Assembly: GCA_973895155.1 (NCBI GenBank)
Contig: OZ316899.1
Location: 1,387,573 to 1,451,572 of the forward strand
Direction: 5' to 3'
DNA length: 64,000 nucleotides
Origin: Marsupella aquatica
Lineage: Eukaryota > Plantae > Marchantiophyta
The notes under the pieces were generated by a model. That model made no database searches. It was not told where the DNA came from and was given only the letters and a program-made list of their open reading frames with translations. Position numbers and translations under genes: made by a program. This document shows, one piece after another, positions 56,880-64,000 of this stretch. Each line of letters opens with the position of its first letter. The first letter of the stretch is position 1.

Positions 56880-57830
56880 ATGCGGATTGCTTCATGGAAT
56901 GTGTGTGGGTTGTGTGAGCCTAAGGAAGACAATGGTGAAAAATTGGGTGGCTGCGGGAAAAGAGAGGCTAGATATACTGGCATTACAAGAAATCAAGGCT
57001 GACAAATTTAGAATGGATATAGCATTGAGGGCTATATTGCCATCTTATTAGCACCTTATGGTTGATGCTGATGATGGTCGGGGTGGATCTGCGTTGTTAA
57101 TTCACCCAGAATGGAAGGTGATTGATTCGGGACGTGCTGACCTAGGATGAGCGATGTGGGCTCTCGTGAGACTAGGAGAGATTCAGTTCAGAATTGTGAG
57201 TACTTATGCCCCAAATTCTTCCAGACTGAGGGCCACTCTATGGCATGACCTTAAACTTATGTTGCCACAAGGAAAATGGATTATCTGTGGAGACTTTAAT
57301 ATGACAAAATTGAGAGAGGACTCTACTGGTACTACACCATTGATCAAGGGACGGGAAGCTGAATTCTGGAGGTTCTTAAAGGTGAGATTTAACTTGGTGG
57401 ATGCTTTTGAGATGGTAGGAGTGACAAAGGGTGCGCGTTACACTTGGCAAAGGAATAGAAATGGGGCTATGGTTCAATCTCGCTTGGACCATTTTTATCT
57501 CAGTGAACAAGGAGACTGGACTGAGGGAGTTAGTGAGTTATGGCATGATGGTGGATCGGCTTTACTGGATCATGACCCGATAGTGATGACGATTTTGGTG
57601 ACAGACCCTGAGACTGGGGATAACTTGGGCGGAAGAGTGTCACTCTTTAAGGCCAATCCTGAGGTGGTTAGGCACAAAGAGAATTTACTGGCGCTGGAGT
57701 AGGCATGGAGGACTGGGCAAGAAGGAACAGAGAATCCCTTACTAGCATTTGAAAGAGCACATGAGATGCTTCAAAAGGCCTACATTAAGTTGCAGGCATC
57801 ACCCAAGGAGCGGGGAGTGGCAATGGAAGC
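56880..57830 (+). pseudogene. LINE ORF2 APE-type endonuclease
   Basis: MRIASWNVCG, LALQEIK, TYAPN, ICGDFN, SRLDHFY, DHDPI. Confidence 0.9.
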
Positions 57831-58752
57831 TGTGGTGCGTCCCATGACTCCCCAAACCCAAGAAACCCCCTTGCTCAAGCTGATTCCCGCAGGTTTTGTC
57901 CTTGGCGAGGCCGTTTCAGCGGCTTAGCGGCATGGGACGCTGCTAACTCTCCTTCAACTACTATTATTAACATTTTACACACATATCTGGACAGATCCTT
58001 CATCGGGTCATGAGATACCTAGCCGGCCTATTCTAGGCCCTCCCTTGTATTCCTCTCCTGGTCTTCCATTAGGTATGTTTGGATTCCGCCGCCGGAATGA
58101 TCCCCAATTGGCTTGGTTAAGCCGCTAAGACCTCTCTCAGCTCGACACATCCAACTCTCACTCCCCTGCTTACTTCTATTCCTCTATTAGTTGATGTGGG
58201 CACTCTTCACACAAGTTATGCGACACACAAATAGCAAAATGACTCCTTCTGACTGAGTTATACCATGCACTTGCCATACAAACAGTACATCTCATACACA
58301 AGCTCTACGAACTAAGCCGTGAGGCCAACTCTATTCAGTTCTTAGGTACGAGGAAACATGAAGATACACAAGGGTCACTGTATAACTAACCGAGAGCTTC
58401 TCTTACTACTTGATCCCAGCCCTGCTGGTGCAACTAAAAACTTGCTAAAGAAGAGGCCCTGAACTCCCCGCAGCCCAGGTACTTATCCTGGTTGTGGATC
58501 CGCCTGATTCCTTGCAGCGTAAGCCTAATCTACTTACTGTAATCTACCTAACTGTAATCTACCTATGTACAGCGAGGCAGGAGCACAAGTGTCGCTCTCC
58601 CTCGTGGCTCCGCAATCCCACTAATCTAAGTGTCAGGGCCGTCTCCTGATCCTGATCCTTAGTCTAAACTTGGAGATCAGCGCCTGCCCTGCCCACTCAC
58701 GCCTCCTATCTCCACGTCCGCCCTCCCTAAAAGGGACGGCTCCCTTACACCG

Positions 58753-60155
58753 TCACGACCCCGGTGGCTGGTCCTCAATGGACGCCCCCAACGCTTCCTC
58801 CGCAACCACTGTCGTTGGGCCGTCCTCTGACAGATTACCTGCCCCGGACCGAGTCAACTCTTCATCGGCCTGATTGGGTCCACCCTCGGCTTCAGCCTCA
58901 GCATCGGCCACGGCCTCCCCGACATGTTCTAGTGGAGGACCTGGTACCTCGGCTTCATTACTGGTTATCCCGGCCTCGGCCTTGCCATCCCCACTTCCTA
59001 GGACTGGTGGATCCACCGCTGTGCCGATGCCGGAGGTTGGTGCCGGGTTTATCTTCTCGGTCACAACGGCTTGAGAAGCCGTATAACTCCCAGACCTAGA
59101 AGGTTTCCGCTTCTTCTTCTTCCCTATTTCGACAGCCGGTTCCTTCCCCTTGCCACTTACCTCCGGCACCGGGGTGAGTGTCTCGGCTTGTCCTTCGGCC
59201 AATACTACCCTGGTAACTGGGTTGCCCCAATTGGAGTTGGACCTGATGAAGCCAAGCATTTAAATACTGCGGCTTGTTTCTTCAGCCACTCTGTTTGGTT
59301 GTCGGCCCGCCGCTGTAGGTTCTCCATCTTCCTCGTGATTTCCTCCAACTCCTCCTGGGTCTCGTCCAGGTCTTTGCGCGCCTCCTCCAGCTCCTTTTTG
59401 GCTTCCTCCAACTCTATCTTTAAGGTAGCCCTCTCCTCCTGGGTTGCTCTTAGCTCCTTGTCGAGCTCTGTTACGACCACAAACTCCATCTTATTCATCT
59501 TGGCATAAGTCTGGTCAAGCTGGTCGTCCTTTTCACGCAGGTCGGCCTTGAAGCTGGCCGTCAGGGACGCAAGCTCCTGCTGCAGCGCAATAATCCCTTG
59601 ATAGGATTTCCCTAACTCTGCTTCGTTCTGCTCAAGGGCTCCGCGGATATCCTCGAGTTCCCCCTTTACTGCCCTTTCCCTTCTCTGGTTCTCCGCCACG
59701 GCCCGATTGTTGGTTGCTAAGTGGGCCTCCTCTGCGTCTCTTAGCTCCCGCTTCCATTTCTCTCTTTCCTTGACTGTGTCGGCCAACTCTCCTTGGGTCT
59801 GAGTCAGTTTATCTTTGATAATCTGATTGTCAGACTGAGCGGTATCCAACTGGCCCTGCATGATGTTTAGCTCATGCCGGTTAATCCGCAGCTCATCTTG
59901 GGCTTTCTTGGCCGCCTGCAGGACTTCCACCTCGGCTTCCTTCTCCCTAAGCCGCCGGATGACCTCGTCCTTTTTGCTTCTCTCCAAAGCCACCGCTTCT
60001 TCTAATCGGTGCTTCTCCAACCTCTCCCTCTGGAAGAAAGATCCCTGATCCAACTCCTCCCCAAAGATGCTGAGCGCCAGGTCCCCACACATCTCCCCAT
60101 ACTCCATGGCTCTATCCTTAGCATAGGTGGAGTAAGTAGAAGTCATTGACAACAA
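58753..60155 (-). pseudogene. Coiled-coil-rich and low-complexity C-terminal ORF segments of H
   Basis: ORFs 59205..60155 (E/K/L heptad-rich) and 58753..59259; the frame extends upstream toward ~60550 through single stops. Confidence 0.55.
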
Positions 60156-60457
60156 CCACCTCGGCCTCTATTCCCAAGCCGCCTTGCGGATTTCTTCTAC
60201 TGTGGCAAGAGGGTTGCTTCATTTTTTGGCAAGCCACCTGATGTCCTCCGGCCAATCTCCTCCTGGTAAATCTTTCTCCCTAGCCAGGGCTGCCCTCTCT
60301 TCCTCCCTGAGTTGCTCCTGAAAGTCTTGTGCCATTTGCTTTATGTCGTCAAAGCTCGGGGGAGCAACCTCTGGTGGGGGAGACTCTGGGCTACTCTACT
60401 GGGTGGGGTCCCCTCGAACTACTCTTGGAAGCATGAGGATAAATCGGCCACAGGTCC

Positions 60458-62443
60458 TTACTCCTCAAACATGATGATCCGACCCATAGCCGGAGTTATC
60501 ATTGCTGTAGTCCTCCACCGCCTCCTCCACTGCTTGGACTCCCTGCTTCCCCCTCTGTTCCCTGGTCCTACCGTGAAAACGGCCTCACAGATCATGGGCC
60601 CTTGTTCCTCCTCTTGGTTCCAGGCTGTCCTCTCCCTCTGCTCTCCGCGGGAAGGAGCCTTAGGCTGCTCTGCCTCCGATTTGGGGCTTGAGGCTCCCAC
60701 ATACATTCGCACTCCCGGCTTGTGTTCCGGCCTCCTTCTCTCCTTGGCTCCGGTAAAGGGGTTTTCCCTCTTGAGTCGGCTTAGGCCGGCCTCTGGGGCA
60801 GCATCCTGTACCGGTGCCGTTGCCGTTGCTGGTGTCGTTCTCTCCTTCTCCAACATTTTCAGCAGATTCTGCATGCCTGATTGCTGCATCGGCAAGTCTT
60901 CTTTTCTTGGCAGAAACACCTGCTCGATCGTAGGACTGACAGGCTGGTTGGGCTCTTCTGTTGCCGGCCTCTGCTCCAAAACCTCCTCCGGTGCCCTTGC
61001 CGATAGGGGAAGTACTGGGGCAAAGATTTGACTTCTGGCATACCGGCACAACAGCGGCATGTGATAGCCAAGCCGGGACACGCTTCCCACGCCGATCACC
61101 TGCTGTTCCTCCTTCAAGATTTTCTTCAGTTGGTTGAGGAGGTACCCGCTGTAATCTCGGCTTGGGTCTGGTCTTTCTGCTAGGTAGACCTGAGCCTTGC
61201 CGATCTCTGCCCTCGGCAAGTTACAATGCATGGTCACCCGCAAGAAATCGATCATCTCTCCAATGTGCGGGTTGGTGCAGGTGTTCTGAAAGAAGACATT
61301 CTTCGTTGATGGTCCTGGGAACGACCGGAACTCCTTGTCAGGTAAGGTCTTCCTGGTATCAACCTTGGTCTTATTACCCATCGGCAAGCCAAACACCTCG
61401 GCAATCACCCAGGGAGTGAGATAGAAATCCTTCCCATACACCCTCGTGGAATTGGTCTCGGGTTCCCATGATCCCACGAATTCTAATAAGTCTGAGTTTG
61501 GCACCTCCGGCTTTAGCCATGGTAATCTTACAAAGGTTTCCAAGCCGGATCCGGCCATGAAGCCCTGGTACTTCTTGGTCTGCATGGCCGTAAAGCATGC
61601 ACCCTCCTCCCGTGCAAAATATAATTGCACTTCCTCTGGTAGGGTCGCCGCCCAGCCTTTCCAAGTGTCATCATTTGTTGGAATGGCATTGATGGGATCG
61701 ACCTCCTCCTCTTCGGCTTCTCCTTGCCTCCTGTTTTGCTGCTCTGCTGGTTTTCTTGGTGCCGCCGACCTCGTTCTTTTTGCCGGGGTGGCCTCTTCGT
61801 TGTTGTTTCCTTTCCTCTTCATCTCGGCTGCCGTGGATGTTTCTCCTAGCATAGTTGCCTTTGTCCACCCTTTCGTGCTACCCTTCAACTCCCAGTGCGT
61901 GTCGTTGCAGCGGTTGATGGCTTCCCGAATGCCGACGATTCTATCTTCGCAAAATAGAAGGTCATCGAGCTGATTGGCAGTAGGAGTCCACAAGAACTCG
62001 ACCTTGATGAGTTCTCCTCCTAAGAAGGCAGACTTCTGCAGCTCCCACAGTCGAGCGAGCTCCTGCTGTTCTCGAGCTGCTCTCTCTGATTCTTCGTCCT
62101 TGTAAGTTCCAATGTACTCAGTTGCCCGTTTGAACAGGCATCCCCAAAAATGTGCCGCTTGATTGACGTTGCTCATACCCTCCTTGACTCGATCGTTGGT
62201 ATCTGTTCCCACCCAGAGTGCTTGCCTAAGCAGCTGACAGTATTTGGCCTCCCGTAGTCGTCTGCTCAGTTTGTGCTTGCAAATGAGCCACAATTCCTCG
62301 CGAGCGGTCCTTACCCCTCTCCTCCTCTGGTCTTCCCTCCCGTTGGTCACCCCTAGCCGCCGATGCTTAGCGCGCCCTAACCCTAATCGTGTTCTCTCCC
62401 CCGGCGTCCTTACTTCCAGCCTCGGCCCGGGTTCCATAGTCAC
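60458..62443 (-). CDS. 661-aa ORF of H; central region resembles plant-transposon-protein/PMD-like accessory ORFs
   Basis: SGLETFVRLPW..LLEFVGSW..VYGKDFYLTPWVIAEVFGLP aligns by eye with MGLKKLLRFPW..TEGLIAGVYSTP of the E accessory ORF. Confidence 0.6.
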   Translation of the reverse strand: MTMEPGPRLEVRTPGERTRLGLGRAKHRRLGVTNGREDQRRRGVRTAREELWLICKHKLSRRLREAKYCQLLRQALWVGTDTNDRVKEGMSNVNQAAHFWGCLFKRATEYIGTYKDEESERAAREQQELARLWELQKSAFLGGELIKVEFLWTPTANQLDDLLFCEDRIVGIREAINRCNDTHWELKGSTKGWTKATMLGETSTAAEMKRKGNNNEEATPAKRTRSAAPRKPAEQQNRRQGEAEEEEVDPINAIPTNDDTWKGWAATLPEEVQLYFAREEGACFTAMQTKKYQGFMAGSGLETFVRLPWLKPEVPNSDLLEFVGSWEPETNSTRVYGKDFYLTPWVIAEVFGLPMGNKTKVDTRKTLPDKEFRSFPGPSTKNVFFQNTCTNPHIGEMIDFLRVTMHCNLPRAEIGKAQVYLAERPDPSRDYSGYLLNQLKKILKEEQQVIGVGSVSRLGYHMPLLCRYARSQIFAPVLPLSARAPEEVLEQRPATEEPNQPVSPTIEQVFLPRKEDLPMQQSGMQNLLKMLEKERTTPATATAPVQDAAPEAGLSRLKRENPFTGAKERRRPEHKPGVRMYVGASSPKSEAEQPKAPSRGEQRERTAWNQEEEQGPMICEAVFTVGPGNRGGSRESKQWRRRWRTTAMITPAMGRIIMFEE

Positions 62444-62558
62444 CCTTAATTGTTTATATTTTTCTTGTCTTGTTACTATACTAAGGTGTTTCCAGGGTAC
62501 ACTCCTGCTTTTACCATGTAAACCGGCCTAGTGATTCCTGGCTAGACAACACAGAAGC

Positions 62559-64000
62559 ATTGCATAGTGACCTTAAAACACTTAAACTATCAATTGTTGC
62601 GGAACACACTAAGGGGGACCTGCTTGATTATGTGGATGTAGAGGATGCACTTCATGCAGCGGAGTTAGAAGAAGCGCATTACGGCATAAGGCTTGCAAGG
62701 GTGAGATGGTTGGGGGAAGGTGATGAGCCATCCAAATTTTGCAACAACCAGGGCTAAGCGCACGCGCGAGGCAATGGTGCGACTAGTAGTGGAGGATGGA
62801 CAGGAGATTACTGACCGTGCTCGTATCATTATAGAATTAGTTAAGTGTTGTGAGGAGCTCTATGCTCCGATGGACGCATCTGGGTCAGAACAGGTGGACA
62901 TCTTAAGAGCACGGCAGAAATTATTAGCCCATACGGAGGTGGCATTATCTACGGGAGAACTTGCCTGGCTGGAAGGACTCCCAAACGGGTTGGAAATAAA
63001 AGAAGTGCTATGGATGCTGCCCCAGGATAAAGCTCCGGGCCCGGACGGACTGACGGCTGAGGTGTACCGTGCTTGCTAGGACTTTGTTCAGGTGGATATG
63101 ATCCACATGGTACAAGAATTCTGGTTGACAGGTTGCATTGCAGCAAGGATTAAGGATAGAATAATCAAATTTATCCCTAAGAGGCCTGATAAGAGATTTC
63201 TGAAGGACTGGTGTCCTTTGACGATGCTTAATACTATATACAAGTTGATAGCTAAGATGCTGGCATTGAGGTTGAAGCTGATTCTGCCCAAATTGATAAG
63301 TCCGCAACAAACTGGATTTATTCTAGGCAGAAATATTCTAGAGAATATCTCCCTGGCCTGGCTTACTAGTGATTGGGTTAGGAATCGTAGACAAGAATCA
63401 CTTTTTTTATATAATTTAAAGGGGAAATCTATGAAACCCCACAGAAAGGGAAGAGTCAGTCACAATAGTTGAACCCAAGATCTATTAGTCACTACTTAAG
63501 TGAGCTACCACAAAGTCATGCCTCTCTGGGTTTAGGGTTTAGGGAATCACTTTTTTTGAAGCTGGAATTTGAAAAAGCATTTGACCGGGTGAACCACATG
63601 TACATCTGGGAAACGATGCATTTGCTTGGCATCAGTAGGCATTTTATTTCATTGGTGCGAGCTTTACTGGGGGATGCCACCTCATAGGTGTATGTAAATG
63701 GGATGCTTTTGAGAGACATTGGTCCGAGACGAGGCGTCCGGCAGGGCTGTCCACTATCACCATTACTTTTTGTAATATCTACCCAGCCCCTAATGGATTT
63801 TATGGATGAAGAGTTGGCAGGAGGCCGACTTATGGGGATACAAATCTCTGCGGTGCTTACGATATGCTATCGACTATTTGCTGACAATTTGGGAATGTTT
63901 ATTCCAGCTACTGAGATTGGCTTCCAACTAGCAACTGCTATATTGAATTGCTATGAAACTGCTACCGGAGCCAGGTTGAATTTACAAAAATTGGTGGTGA
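62559..64000 (+). pseudogene. LINE ORF2 linker and RT (continuation)
   Basis: RVRWLGEGDEPSKF, DKAPGPDGLTAE, QQTGFILGR, KAFDRVNH, VRQGCPLSP, LFADN. Confidence 0.9.
63409..63543 (-). mobile_element. 135-bp SINE-like retroposed insertion with telomeric repeats at its 5' end
   Basis: 14-bp TSD GAATCACTTTTTTT (63395-63408 and 63544-63557); minus strand has A-box-like GGTAGCTCA and B-box-like GGGTTCAAC; GGGTTTAGGGTTTAGGG at 63528-63544. Removal restores RQESLFLKLEFEKAFD. Confidence 0.7.

Larger units (their letters stand above)
57831..62553. mobile_element. 4.7-kb TG..CA element H (probable solo LTR) carrying long minus-strand ORFs
   Basis: TGTGGTG...CAACACA; TSD GAAGC (57826-57830 and 62554-62558). 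Removal restores LINE ..AMEA|LHSDLK... No gag/pol and no internal direct repeat seen. Confidence 0.85.
55351..64000 (+). mobile_element. L1-clade LINE with ORF1 and ORF2 (interrupted, runs off the window end)
   Basis: ORF1, endonuclease and RT in order; interrupted at 57830 and 63408. Confidence 0.9.

Noticed and set aside
62375-62386. CCCTAACCCTAA as an interstitial telomere
   Set aside because: Only two hexamers, lying within coding sequence (RLGLGR); consistent with chance.
63440-63515. Functional tRNA gene
   Set aside because: A/B-box-like motifs only; no complete cloverleaf discernible, and it is flanked by a TSD like a retroposed SINE.

Overview
Repeat-only eukaryotic (plant-type) DNA: a deeply nested retrotransposon cluster with no recognisable host gene. 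The tRNA-Asp-primed Gypsy, Bianca-like Copia and L1-clade LINE content suggests a land plant, possibly a bryophyte (inference, not verified). Layout resolved from TG..CA termini and target-site duplications (TSDs): a LINE (1-965) is interrupted by long LTR A (966-). A is interrupted by a decayed minus-strand Gypsy element D (4018-27764). D is interrupted by Gypsy E (8536-24173, TSD TGTGG), which holds solo LTR F (15118-17797, TSD AATAC). LTR C (27765-51839) starts inside D gag and contains a small solo LTR, a MITE, a Copia (32299-38624, TSD AGTGT) and a young, intact Gypsy B (39208-51700, TSD TTATG, 2022-aa gag-pol). Two more LINEs follow (51840-64000); the second carries a 4.7-kb TG..CA insertion with long ORFs (57831-62553, TSD GAAGC) and a 135-bp SINE-like insertion ending in telomeric repeats. 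Main finding: excising E in silico rejoins a DNMT3-like C5 cytosine methyltransferase lying between the protease and RT of element D, whose integrase ends in a decayed PHD finger. D is therefore an LTR retrotransposon with a putative chromatin writer and reader. E and the 4.7-kb insertion carry large, related accessory ORFs. All calls are by eye; no database searches were run.
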